Below are positions 1 to 8,497 of a stretch of DNA of 58,536 nt, in pieces (the first letter of the stretch is position 1; every line of letters begins with the position of its first letter). This DNA is from a virus. Its lineage: Duplodnaviria; Heunggongvirae; Uroviricota; Caudoviricetes. A program made the position numbers and the translations under genes. Location: the IMG/VR virus record IMGVR_UViG_3300001199_000003, positions 1-58,536 of that record; one strand, written 5' to 3'. Below the pieces are notes generated by a model that made no database searches, was not told where the DNA came from, and saw only the letters and a program-made list of their open reading frames with translations.

Positions 1-114
1 TCTTACCTATTAGGTGACGGCCAAAGAGTTGAGGCTAATTTAGTTATGGAACGCGCATTGATCGACTATAAGCGTTCTAAGGTTCGTAAGGTATTAGGCT
101 TTAAAGTTAAATAA
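1..114 (+). CDS. 3' end of a hypothetical protein (truncated by window edge)
   Basis: Frame 1 is open from base 1 to TAA at 112-114 (SYLLGDGQRVE...LGFKVK); the next gene's RBS follows. Confidence 0.6.
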   Translation, partial: SYLLGDGQRVEANLVMERALIDYKRSKVRKVLGFKVK

Positions 115-148
115 GAATTGTCTTATTAAACCTTTCAAAGGAGTATCT

Positions 149-259
149 ATGAGAGTTCTAATGATCACGGCCATACTAATGGCGTTCTATGGGTTGAGTC
201 AGACCATGCGTGGTAACGTGTCGCTTTATACGCAAGGTTTTGAGGCTAGACTAAAATAA
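149..259 (+). CDS. small hydrophobic protein (36 aa); frame stays open past the TAA to 352
   Basis: AAAGGAG RBS, ATG at 149, MRVLMITAILMAFYGLSQ...; below the ORF-track length cutoff. Confidence 0.55.
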   Translation: MRVLMITAILMAFYGLSQTMRGNVSLYTQGFEARLK

Positions 260-447
260 ACATTTGGCATAGGTCTTGCTACATGGTCAGGTAGCTTTTT
301 GCTACTCGGCTATGTAGTTGGCATCATTCTTGCATTCCAGACGCACGAATAGCCGCAGGGTCACACTGCAGCATTTTGGAGTGAGGTTGAGCGAAATGAC
401 AGGGGGCAAAATGGCCTTTTCTGACAGTATTCGACAACCCACTAGAT

Positions 448-575
448 AGACCTAACCAATGATCTACCAGTCATGAGTCTAAGTTATTGAAACTATTGAC
501 CTATTGGCATGACCTAGGCTAACGCCTTAAAATCACACTCATGACCTTGTTTTATCTCGGAACGCTTGACCTATT
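448..575. repeat. cluster of short iterated TGACCTA-like motifs in a non-coding tract
   Basis: AGACCTA 448, TGATCTA 460, TGACCTA 497, 510 and 567, TGACCTT 542; TTGACCTATT occurs twice (496, 566). Confidence 0.5.
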
Positions 576-1116
576 AGGAGTCAGGCATTCCCTTGTATCA
601 CTATGAGCTTTTAGGGAGCTATCTAACATGGGCGTAAGCTATGGGCCTAGGTTGGTTAGTTCTAATAGGCGAATATGGCTACTAGAGAGTGATACCCTAT
701 AAAGATTGTATGACGTATAGGATTGATAAGGCATGTAAACGCTTAGAATGGCATATAATCGAATGATAACGAATGTTTAGGCCAAAATGGTTAAATTGCT
801 ATAAACGTCAATAACGCTTGATTTTAGAGGCTTTTTGCATTTTATTGTCTTATATGACAATTACAGCGTTGCGTTATGTATTGACGTGGTGTATCATGGT
901 TTTAACTAAGGGGCTTTCATGTACACTCTATGTATTTTGCATCAAAATGGCCACATCTCGAAACATGACGTTGATTCGGCCAATGAGATAAAAGCTTTGT
1001 TTGATCTCAATAAGGGTTCTAGCTTTAAACTATATCAACGTGACACTGATACTTATTTTAGTGCTGAATATGTTCGCAAGCTTCTTAAACAATAATTGAC
1101 TAAATAAGGAGACTGT

Positions 1117-1401
1117 ATGAAAATCAGGATTGAACGCGTTATAATGTCGGGGCGTGGCCCTAAGTTTACTTACTGCCTTAAAAATGAGGCTAACCAAATT
1201 TTGTTTGCGGTCCATAGTGGTCAATACATGGCGTGGACTAAAAAGAAGGACGCGCAACGCATAATTGACGCTATTGAAACTCATGGCCTAGAATACGTTG
1301 AGGCCAAACTAGAACGCAAGGCGTTGCCCGAAAAATGGCCAGGTGAGCATGAGGGCGTTTCAGCTATGGCAGGCGATAACTACGAAAGATTGACCGAATA
1401 A
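1117..1401 (+). CDS. hypothetical early protein
   Basis: AAGGAG RBS, 94-aa ORF, tightly packed with neighbours. Confidence 0.75.
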   Translation: MKIRIERVIMSGRGPKFTYCLKNEANQILFAVHSGQYMAWTKKKDAQRIIDAIETHGLEYVEAKLERKALPEKWPGEHEGVSAMAGDNYERLTE

Positions 1402-1410
1402 GGAGTCATT

Positions 1411-1635
1411 ATGAGCGTTTCAGTATCCTATAATAAACTAATTAAACGAATCAAAGTGAATGACTTTGTTAGCACTGAATTCTATAAGGTTGACGATATC
1501 GCTTATCATATGCTATGCGGTCAAGTGTTGAGCTTAGACGCTATCAATGAGCTTTTAAAGCTTGACGATGAATGGTTCAACGCTGCAATTGAAAACGCTT
1601 TAAATGTTTTAGACCTTAATAATGAGACGGCTTAA
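1411..1635 (+). CDS. hypothetical early protein
   Basis: AAGGAG RBS, 74-aa ORF. Confidence 0.75.
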   Translation: MSVSVSYNKLIKRIKVNDFVSTEFYKVDDIAYHMLCGQVLSLDAINELLKLDDEWFNAAIENALNVLDLNNETA

Positions 1636-1648
1636 AAAAGGGGTTATT

Positions 1649-1843
1649 ATGAAGCTTTATAAAAAGATAGACTTTTATTATTTAGGTGACTACATCTATT
1701 CGACTAACCAAAGTAGAACGTGTAAAGAGGCTAAAGCCAAACTAATTGAGCGCCTCACCATGGCAGGGCATTCTAGATTAGGTTTACTTGAAAGTCAGAT
1801 GCTAAAAAACTCTCACTTAATTAAAGCGCGTTTTGCTAAATAA
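1649..1843 (+). CDS. hypothetical early protein
   Basis: AGGGG RBS favours ATG 1649 (MKLYKK) over 1622. Confidence 0.7.
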   Translation: MKLYKKIDFYYLGDYIYSTNQSRTCKEAKAKLIERLTMAGHSRLGLLESQMLKNSHLIKARFAK

Positions 1844-1852
1844 GGAGTAACT

Positions 1853-2317
1853 ATGATTAGTGCTAACGGATCACTGCCACTAAATAGGACTGGCATACAA
1901 TTAGAGCAAGACCAAAAACGTCAAGCTATCTTAGACGAAATGATAAGGCTTAGACCTGACACTGAATTTTCAGTCAATAAGTACACGACTGATTTAGTTT
2001 ACTATTCGGCTAGCGTCGTAAAGGGTAAGATAGTCATAGGCCGAGACACTAGAGGGATATATCTAAATGCTGATCCTGCTAAACTGATCAAGTATGGTTT
2101 TAGAACTGAATTAGAGGCCCGCAACGCTATCAATGAAGTGATGCCCAAAGCTTTGAGACACTATGAAGAATGCCTAAACGCTTATAGGGAATTGACTAGT
2201 AAAATGGGCTTTAGCGTGGGCTATAACTATGAGGGCGATACTCATGGGATCTATGATGAATATCAATACATTTCGTTTAAGCTAGACGGTTTTGATTTTA
2301 CTTTTACGATTGACTAA
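1853..2317 (+). CDS. hypothetical early protein
   Basis: TAAGGAGTAACTATG junction, 154-aa ORF. Confidence 0.8.
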   Translation: MISANGSLPLNRTGIQLEQDQKRQAILDEMIRLRPDTEFSVNKYTTDLVYYSASVVKGKIVIGRDTRGIYLNADPAKLIKYGFRTELEARNAINEVMPKALRHYEECLNAYRELTSKMGFSVGYNYEGDTHGIYDEYQYISFKLDGFDFTFTID

Positions 2318-2326
2318 GGAGTAACT

Positions 2327-2662
2327 ATGAAAACGACTAAAGAGATACCAGACAGATACGCTCTAAAAGTTGGCATGGTGTTTATAAACAATTATACTAA
2401 GAACATGCTAACTATTGAGTCAATAGACATGGTTGACGAAGAACTTACTTTTAGACGTAACAAAGATAACACACTAATTAAAAGGCCTATAAGCCATTTT
2501 CATCGCACTATGAGCACGCTAGATTGGTCTTACGTTGTATCTATAGCCAAAACAGAAGAAGTGGTTCTAAGGCATTGTTTTCATGTAAACGTAGTCAATG
2601 AGTCTTATTTTAGTGGTAACAAGTATAAATGGTGTAAGGATTGCGGCGCGGCGTTAAAATAA
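2327..2662 (+). CDS. hypothetical protein with C-terminal C-x-H...C-x-x-C zinc-ribbon-like end
   Basis: Identical TAAGGAGTAACTATG junction; HCFH...WCKDCG. Confidence 0.75.
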   Translation: MKTTKEIPDRYALKVGMVFINNYTKNMLTIESIDMVDEELTFRRNKDNTLIKRPISHFHRTMSTLDWSYVVSIAKTEEVVLRHCFHVNVVNESYFSGNKYKWCKDCGAALK

Positions 2663-2665
2663 TAG

Positions 2666-2694
2666 TTGACACGCATAGTCATGTATGGCATAAT
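2666..2694 (+). promoter_or_regulatory. sigma70-type early promoter
   Basis: TTGACA-17-(TGn)CATAAT, preceded by AT-rich TTAAAATAATAG. Confidence 0.8.
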
Positions 2695-2720
2695 GAGTCA
2701 TGACTAACAAAGGAGTTTAT

Positions 2721-2861
2721 ATGTTTAAGGTAAGATCATTCTATAAGTTCTCAATCAACGGCAAAACTGCCTTGATCCTGGCCACTTCTGTTTTGAACGC
2801 CATGGACATCATTGAGAGTGAGGGTTTTACTTCATACGCCTATATGGGAAAGGTTGGATAA
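2721..2861 (+). CDS. small hypothetical protein (46 aa)
   Basis: AAAGGAG RBS, MFKVRSFYKF...KVG; fills the gap after the promoter. Confidence 0.7.
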   Translation: MFKVRSFYKFSINGKTALILATSVLNAMDIIESEGFTSYAYMGKVG

Positions 2862-2862
2862 T

Positions 2863-3150
2863 ATGAGCAAGACTAAACAAAAACAGATCACTATCATTGG
2901 TAAGCGTTGGTTTGATTCTAAGCATGGGAACACCTATTTTACAGCGCGTATTTTTATCAACAATGAGCTGGTCCATACTATGCCCATGCAATACGGCTAT
3001 GGGAATCAATACGAATGGGCTGCAATTAAATGGCTTGAAACTAATGGCCACATTGACCCTAGCCTAATGCTCTTTGAGATACGCGAAAAATACAAGCTAT
3101 TGGTTGAATGTTCGGATGTTCTTAAACGTGAATTAGATAAGGCGGTATAA
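2863..3150 (+). CDS. phage hypothetical protein
   Basis: Start at MSKTKQ directly after the previous stop; KRWFD...GNTYF...QYGYG motif. Confidence 0.75.
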   Translation: MSKTKQKQITIIGKRWFDSKHGNTYFTARIFINNELVHTMPMQYGYGNQYEWAAIKWLETNGHIDPSLMLFEIREKYKLLVECSDVLKRELDKAV

Positions 3151-3151
3151 G

Positions 3152-3352
3152 ATGAAAGAAGTTTATGTTTTAACACTTAAGACACCAGATTTTACAGCTC
3201 AACGCATCTTTAGCAATCCAGCTAAAGCGTTGCGTGAGGCATCAAAGACGCGTCAAGAATATAACGCAGTGTCATGGCTTGAAACTAAGCACGGCCACAT
3301 TTCGGCAACTGGCACGCTTTCGATCACGGTTAAAGCCGTAACATTGGAATAG
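3152..3352 (+). CDS. hypothetical early protein
   Basis: 66-aa ORF adjacent to the previous stop. Confidence 0.7.
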   Translation: MKEVYVLTLKTPDFTAQRIFSNPAKALREASKTRQEYNAVSWLETKHGHISATGTLSITVKAVTLE

Positions 3353-3363
3353 GGGGGGGAATT

Positions 3364-3795
3364 ATGGGAATTGATACAAAACTATTAGTCAATGCTAAAT
3401 GGGATGTAAAAAATATTGAGACGCTATTAGTTGAGGGGTTGGGCCATAAGATTGAACGTGCCGAATATAAAGGAGACCACGCATTTTTAAACATCATTCT
3501 AAGCAATGGCAGTAAGCGCATGATATACGTGGCCCACACAACGGATCACGGCGGCCTTAACGGTTTACTTCTTTCATTGCATTCTAATGATGAAGCTATA
3601 GACCTATTTAAGTCTATTGCTAAAGTGTTGGGCGGTTTCCTAAATAAGAATGACTCTAGCAATGATTATGAGATGTTTCAAGAACCACACGACGGCAACG
3701 CACGCTTTGTTTTAGATCATGTTATCTTATCCAAAGCAGTGTCAAGGTCTAGTGAGTTAGCCGATAAGGTAAAAGAAGCGATTGATTATAAATAG
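3364..3795 (+). CDS. hypothetical early protein
   Basis: G-rich RBS, 143-aa ORF. Confidence 0.8.
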   Translation: MGIDTKLLVNAKWDVKNIETLLVEGLGHKIERAEYKGDHAFLNIILSNGSKRMIYVAHTTDHGGLNGLLLSLHSNDEAIDLFKSIAKVLGGFLNKNDSSNDYEMFQEPHDGNARFVLDHVILSKAVSRSSELADKVKEAIDYK

Positions 3796-3803
3796 GAGAC
3801 ACT

Positions 3804-3926
3804 ATGAGAACGATTGCACTAATAGGGGAACTAATTGACTTGATTTTCTTTGGTATCATTTTAAATAAATGGCTTTGGATCGGGGGCGCATTCGGCTATC
3901 TGATCTATAAAAGCCGCAACGGATAA
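3804..3926 (+). CDS. small membrane protein (40 aa)
   Basis: AGGAG RBS; MRTIALIGELIDLIFFGIILNKWLWIGGAFGYLIYKSRNG. Confidence 0.65.
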   Translation: MRTIALIGELIDLIFFGIILNKWLWIGGAFGYLIYKSRNG

Positions 3927-3935
3927 GGAGTGAGT

Positions 3936-4190
3936 ATGAAAAAAACTAACGAAGAACTTATTTTAGTTGGCCTCAAAGCTTATAAGAATGAATTAGATCG
4001 AAAGATAACTCAATGCTTTAAGGAATGGGCTAAACACTTTGAAGCTGATTATGTAAGCTTATCAGACTTAGAGTCTGCGATTAAAGACTTAGAGCAATAT
4101 AAAAATGAGTTATCCGAAGTTGTGGCCAAAATTCATGAGCTAGATCCGCCAACCGATCAAGGTTTTGCAGCCGACGATATACCATTTTAG
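3936..4190 (+). CDS. coiled-coil protein ending in an SSB-like acidic tip (GFAADDIPF)
   Basis: AAGGAG RBS; heptad-like helical body; last residues DDIPF match the bacterial SSB C-terminal motif. Confidence 0.75.
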   Translation: MKKTNEELILVGLKAYKNELDRKITQCFKEWAKHFEADYVSLSDLESAIKDLEQYKNELSEVVAKIHELDPPTDQGFAADDIPF

Positions 4191-4250
4191 GATTATATGA
4201 AAGAGAGATTTAATTTAACTAAACCAAACGTAATTATCAAAGGAGTTTTT

Positions 4251-4532
4251 ATGAAAGAGCAAAACGAAATGAACCAAACTAATGAGCAAGCCGAGATTCT
4301 TATTAAGCGGTATTCTAACCGCAAGCTATATGACACCGAATCAAGCCGATATACTACGTTGCCCGAAATTCAGGCAGCGGTTAAAAGTGGGCGCATCATT
4401 CGGGTCATTGATAACGTATCTAAAAAAGACATCACTAATAAAACGCTGCTCATGTCTTTGGTTGAGACCGAAGGGGAACGCGATGACCTATCAACTGCCG
4501 ATGTTATGGCATTAGTCAAGCGTGGTCTATAA
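4251..4532 (+). CDS. phaR: PhaR-type (PHB accumulation regulator N-terminal) DNA-binding protein
   Basis: IKRYSNRKLYDTESSRYTTL...I...V..G..IRVID..SKKDIT..TL matches the PHB_acc_N signature; AAAGGAG RBS before ATG 4251. Confidence 0.85.
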   Translation: MKEQNEMNQTNEQAEILIKRYSNRKLYDTESSRYTTLPEIQAAVKSGRIIRVIDNVSKKDITNKTLLMSLVETEGERDDLSTADVMALVKRGL

Positions 4533-4831
4533 TGAGAGTCATTGCATTGCTCATTCTTTTATTGCTCATTAGGCATCACGCTAACGCGTCTACTTTGGAG
4601 TGTTTCACGGATGAACCACGTCAATATAAGTTTGATCTAGGCGCTCAAAAAGTTGGCAGTTATCGAGTTGAGGTCAAGCATGAGACTGGTAAGCTTGCGG
4701 GCCTAACCTATGACTTTGTTATACGTGACGTTGCATCGCTTAAGGATTACGATGACTATCTAATCAAGCGCATGACCGTGGGCGTTCCATATAATATAAC
4801 TTACGCTTTGAGGTGTAAGATCCTGGAATGA
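4532..4831 (+). CDS. hypothetical secreted protein
   Basis: TAATG coupling; N-terminal signal peptide (A-N-A). Confidence 0.7.
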   Translation: MRVIALLILLLLIRHHANASTLECFTDEPRQYKFDLGAQKVGSYRVEVKHETGKLAGLTYDFVIRDVASLKDYDDYLIKRMTVGVPYNITYALRCKILE

Positions 4832-4911
4832 GGGAAATAATGAATTTAATTGCTGCAGTGTTTAATTTTATGATACGATGCGTCGAGATAGCTTTTAACA
4901 AGGGGCAAAAA

Positions 4912-5505
4912 ATGACTAAAAATATCTTTACAATCGTACTCGACACACTGCCTAATAAATTCCCGACTACTCCCGATCAAGATGCTTTCATTCTTAAATT
5001 GAGTGAGGTTTCAGGTGTTACAATAACTCAAGATAAGCCAACCGCTGCGCTTATTTTAGGGCCAAAAATGTTAACTGCAGGCGGTTGTTACGCAACTATC
5101 AACCCTGAAACTGAAGTGATCATTCTAAATGAAAACGCTAACAATGATTATTGGTATAGCACTATTTTTCATGAGCTAGCTCATGCAACTGGATCAAGTA
5201 AGCGTTTTAACCGCGTGGGTGTTGTAGCCTGCCAAACTAAGACTGACTATCATTTAGAGGAAATTATTGCCGAGTCAGTAGCTATGAGAGTTATGGAGTC
5301 AATGGGTTTAGCAACGGATGAAACACGCGCTAAATCTAATTCATATATTCAAAGCTATGAAAGACCGCTTATTATGTTTGGCGCTATGGTTGACGTGATG
5401 AAACTAGATTATGAGATTAGTAAGGCCGAGGCTTTAGTTATGGACTGGCTTAATAAAGCAGGTTTAAAAGCCGTCTCTCAAGGTGTTGAATTTAAAGCGG
5501 CTTAA
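4912..5505 (+). CDS. zincin-like metallopeptidase (MPTase / ArdC C-terminal-type domain)
   Basis: YSTIFHELAHATG (HExxH) ...RFNR... YHLEEIIAE; AGGGG RBS before ATG 4912. Confidence 0.8.
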   Translation: MTKNIFTIVLDTLPNKFPTTPDQDAFILKLSEVSGVTITQDKPTAALILGPKMLTAGGCYATINPETEVIILNENANNDYWYSTIFHELAHATGSSKRFNRVGVVACQTKTDYHLEEIIAESVAMRVMESMGLATDETRAKSNSYIQSYERPLIMFGAMVDVMKLDYEISKAEALVMDWLNKAGLKAVSQGVEFKAA

Positions 5506-5509
5506 GCTA

Positions 5510-5538
5510 TTGACTATAAGCGTTAAAGCGCGTATAAT
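5510..5538 (+). promoter_or_regulatory. sigma70-type early promoter
   Basis: TTGACT-17-TATAAT. Confidence 0.85.
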
Positions 5539-5556
5539 CAAAGCATAGGAGACTAT

Positions 5557-5685
5557 ATGAAACGCATTAGAGTTATGAAAGTTCCACGAATGACTTTAGC
5601 TATTCAAAAAAGGCTAGAGGCGTTCGGGTTTACGATCATAACCATAACAGTTTCATACGGTCATGCCGTGATTAGATACAAGTGA
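5557..5685 (+). CDS. small basic hypothetical protein (42 aa)
   Basis: AGGAG RBS; MKRIRVMKVPRMT... Confidence 0.6.
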   Translation: MKRIRVMKVPRMTLAIQKRLEAFGFTIITITVSYGHAVIRYK

Positions 5686-5693
5686 GGTTTACA

Positions 5694-6233
5694 ATGGTTC
5701 AATTTATTTTAGGGGCTATGTTTTTAGTTGTCATTGCATTTTTTTGCAATAGTGAGGCTAAAACTAATGACCGCACGCCTGCTATTGAAACGGATATAAT
5801 CGAGGTTGACACTAGACCGCAAGACGTTGAGGGTTTGGCCAAAGCTAACGGGTTCAAGCCGTCTAAAAGAATTATTGACGCTATCATTAGAGCATCTGAT
5901 ACGTATTCAATTGACGCATTAGAATTGACTGCTATTGGTATCATTGAGACGGGTTTAGGAAAATACAACGTGACACGTAAAAACAAAAATGGCACGCATG
6001 ATAGGGGCGTGTTTCAGATCAATACGGTTAACTATTCTAAATGCGTTGAGTATAACTTAGATAGTCCCGAGGGTTCTGCTCTATGCGCTGCTAAACTTCT
6101 TTCAAGTATTAAATCAAAGCGCGCTGACTACTTAGGCGTGTATCACTCTAAAACGTGTAAGCCTGCGTTTTGCCCTAAAAAAGCTTATATGAAAAAACTC
6201 TCTAAAGTTCTAGCACTAACTACCGATAACTAA
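5694..6233 (+). CDS. lytic transglycosylase (SLT domain) with N-terminal membrane anchor/signal
   Basis: AIGIIET (catalytic Glu), NKNGTHDRGVFQIN motif, hydrophobic N-terminus. Confidence 0.8.
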   Translation: MVQFILGAMFLVVIAFFCNSEAKTNDRTPAIETDIIEVDTRPQDVEGLAKANGFKPSKRIIDAIIRASDTYSIDALELTAIGIIETGLGKYNVTRKNKNGTHDRGVFQINTVNYSKCVEYNLDSPEGSALCAAKLLSSIKSKRADYLGVYHSKTCKPAFCPKKAYMKKLSKVLALTTDN

Positions 6234-6284
6234 CTATATGCGTCAATCCCTATAAATATAGGGGTTTACGTATTAAAATAATAG

Positions 6285-6313
6285 TTGACCTTTTTAATAA
6301 AATGACGCATAAT
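6285..6313 (+). promoter_or_regulatory. sigma70-type early promoter
   Basis: TTGACC-17-CATAAT; shares TTAAAATAATAGTTGAC exactly with the 2654-2670 promoter. Confidence 0.8.
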
Positions 6314-6352
6314 GTAAGTAAGAGAGTAACTAACCAAACAATAGGAGCTAAC

Positions 6353-6931
6353 ATGTTTAATCAAGACGCATCACCTCTTAAATATAAGCCACGTAAAAAT
6401 GTTTATGAAGGTAGCAATAACGTATTCAATCCAGAAACCTTTGAGGCGCATTCTTATCAATGGTGGATGTATGTTTGCAAGGTTAAAGGTGTTATCATTT
6501 TTAATGATCATAACTATTCATCTAGCACTAATAAGCATCAAAGTAAAATGAAGTCACTCCTTAAGGAGTTGGGCCATAAGATCGGGTTCGTTGTTTACCA
6601 ACGCGAAAGCTTATCACACGGTCTATTTTTAGATCATGATTATGAAAATCTGGCTTTGAATGAGGTTCGTTTGAAAGCTGCAAAAAGACCGGATCAAGTT
6701 AAAGAGTTGACCGCTGCGATTGCTCACTGTAAAGAGCGCATTGCAACGCTTAAGAAGCTAGGCGCTAAAGCTAACATGACTCTAGTAAACCATAGAGTTA
6801 ACGCTAAAAATTCAGAAGCTAGCCGTCTTGAAAGACAGCGTGAAAAATCACGCATTGCACGCGAAAAACGCGCTTTAGTAGTGAACCAGTTTAAGGATGT
6901 AGCCGAGTCAACTGCAGCGGTTGACATCTAA
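6353..6931 (+). CDS. hypothetical early protein (basic, coiled-coil C-terminus)
   Basis: AGGAG RBS before MFNQD at 6353. Confidence 0.8.
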   Translation: MFNQDASPLKYKPRKNVYEGSNNVFNPETFEAHSYQWWMYVCKVKGVIIFNDHNYSSSTNKHQSKMKSLLKELGHKIGFVVYQRESLSHGLFLDHDYENLALNEVRLKAAKRPDQVKELTAAIAHCKERIATLKKLGAKANMTLVNHRVNAKNSEASRLERQREKSRIAREKRALVVNQFKDVAESTAAVDI

Positions 6932-7213
6932 GAGCTAAAGAGTTTTAAGTTACTAAACTGAAACAATAGGAGTTTATATGAAGAAGTCTAATGCAATTGG
7001 TATGCCAGAAGCTGTAAAGAAAATGGGCCAGGAACTTAATAGGGATATAGTCGAGCAGCTCAAAGAAGTAAAAAACGACTATACAGAAGAATCATATAAA
7101 GATATTCGTAAGAAGCTAAACAAAGAACGCATCAAAGCTTTAGGCTTTACATTGATCCAAGGCGGTAAGGCCGAGTAAGAGCTAAAGAGTTTTAAGCTAC
7201 TAAACTAAAACAA
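6929..7213 (+). repeat. 38-bp direct repeat pair (6929-6966 and 7176-7213) flanking one gene
   Basis: TAAGAGCTAAAGAGTTTTAAG(T/C)TACTAAACT(G/A)AAACAA, 2 mismatches. Confidence 0.9.
6978..7178 (+). CDS. hypothetical protein inside the direct repeats
   Basis: AGGAG RBS, 66-aa ORF. Confidence 0.75.
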   Translation: MKKSNAIGMPEAVKKMGQELNRDIVEQLKEVKNDYTEESYKDIRKKLNKERIKALGFTLIQGGKAE

Positions 7214-7222
7214 GGGGCTACT

Positions 7223-8257
7223 ATGTTTAAAGATACAATGAAGAACCAAAGCAATGACTCGATTGATTTAGGCGGTGTTATGGCTACGATGCCAAAAAAG
7301 CAAAACAAACCGGCTTATAAAGTTCCACGCAACGCATCTAAAGACCTTAAAGAGGCTATGACTGCCTTCTTTAGTGGGCATGTTCTTAAATCAGGCAACT
7401 ACGTTGCAACTGAAAACGCTTTAGTGTATCGCTCTATCAGTGTTGTGGATAACTTTAAGCAAGACGTTCTATGCCTGCGATTGATCCAAGACGGCCAAAC
7501 TCACTACTTAGGGAATAGCTCAACTATGAGTGTTTCAGGTACTAGCATTGCATTCGGTAAGCGTACACGCTCATGGGGCGCTAGTGAACCTCAAAGAGTT
7601 ATGGAGTCAATGGGCGTGCCTATGCTACCGTTTAACGCATTCACGCAAGCAGGCTTAAAGGTTACTCAAACGCGCATCATTGATCAAGGCGGTTCGGAAA
7701 CTGTTAGACGTAAGACTAAAGAAGACCGTAAAGGTAACGCTATTTTTGAAAACGTACACTTTACAGGCGCTAGCTTGTTTAGGAATGGGGATGAATTCCT
7801 AGGATACACTTACTTTTTATTCGACATTGACCGCGTTGAGATTGAACACGGCATTTTTAATCCGTTCATCGTACAATTGCCACGCGCAGTCAACAGCATT
7901 GCCGAAGCGTATGACTCACTCATTCCTTTGGCAGTGCGTACAGCTAAAGCCGAAGGTAAGACAGTGTTGCGTCAAGGGGAACACTTCTTTATTAAGGTAG
8001 CAGATGCTAACGCTTATAAAGCAGATAGAGGGGCGCGCAGCGATACATGGAACGACGGCTTTAAGCAAGGCCGCCTATCAGCTCAAGGGAATAGAGACCA
8101 TATTGCATCACGTTACAATGAAAAATCTGGTTTAGTATCTGGCTTTGTCGAGCATCAAGGGCGTGAGCATTTAGATCTAGATTTAACTGCAGGTTGGTGG
8201 AAACCTATCCCTAATACAGCGGTTAAAGCTTTTACTATCTCGGGCGATATTGACTAG
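7223..8257 (+). CDS. phage hypothetical protein with RQG...H...EH C-terminal domain
   Basis: 344-aa ORF; VLRQGEHFF...HI...VEHQGREH resembles a small His-rich phage domain. Confidence 0.8.
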   Translation: MFKDTMKNQSNDSIDLGGVMATMPKKQNKPAYKVPRNASKDLKEAMTAFFSGHVLKSGNYVATENALVYRSISVVDNFKQDVLCLRLIQDGQTHYLGNSSTMSVSGTSIAFGKRTRSWGASEPQRVMESMGVPMLPFNAFTQAGLKVTQTRIIDQGGSETVRRKTKEDRKGNAIFENVHFTGASLFRNGDEFLGYTYFLFDIDRVEIEHGIFNPFIVQLPRAVNSIAEAYDSLIPLAVRTAKAEGKTVLRQGEHFFIKVADANAYKADRGARSDTWNDGFKQGRLSAQGNRDHIASRYNEKSGLVSGFVEHQGREHLDLDLTAGWWKPIPNTAVKAFTISGDID

Positions 8258-8338
8258 GAACTAATAGATCATAGGGGAGATGGGCCAAAATTGGTTATCC
8301 CTCTATGAATTCCTAAAAGTGTTTTTTAAGGAGACGTT

Positions 8339-8488
8339 ATGAACTTACTATTTATTGTTAACGCTTTGGTGTTTAGTTTCCTTTACGTTATCTGGAAAAA
8401 ATCAGACTGGCTTAATATGTCTATTAAGTTTGTTTTGTTTATCCTAGCAATTGCAAACGCTTTTCAAGCTTATCAGCTTTTAAAATAG
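8339..8488 (+). CDS. small two-TM membrane protein (49 aa)
   Basis: AAGGAG RBS; MNLLFIVNALVFSFLYVIW...FVLFILAIANAF. Confidence 0.7.
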   Translation: MNLLFIVNALVFSFLYVIWKKSDWLNMSIKFVLFILAIANAFQAYQLLK

Positions 8489-8497
8489 GAGTTAGTC

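Noticed and set aside
6929-7213. Mini-CRISPR array
   Set aside because: Only two repeats, separated by 209 nt holding an RBS and a gene; no cas genes
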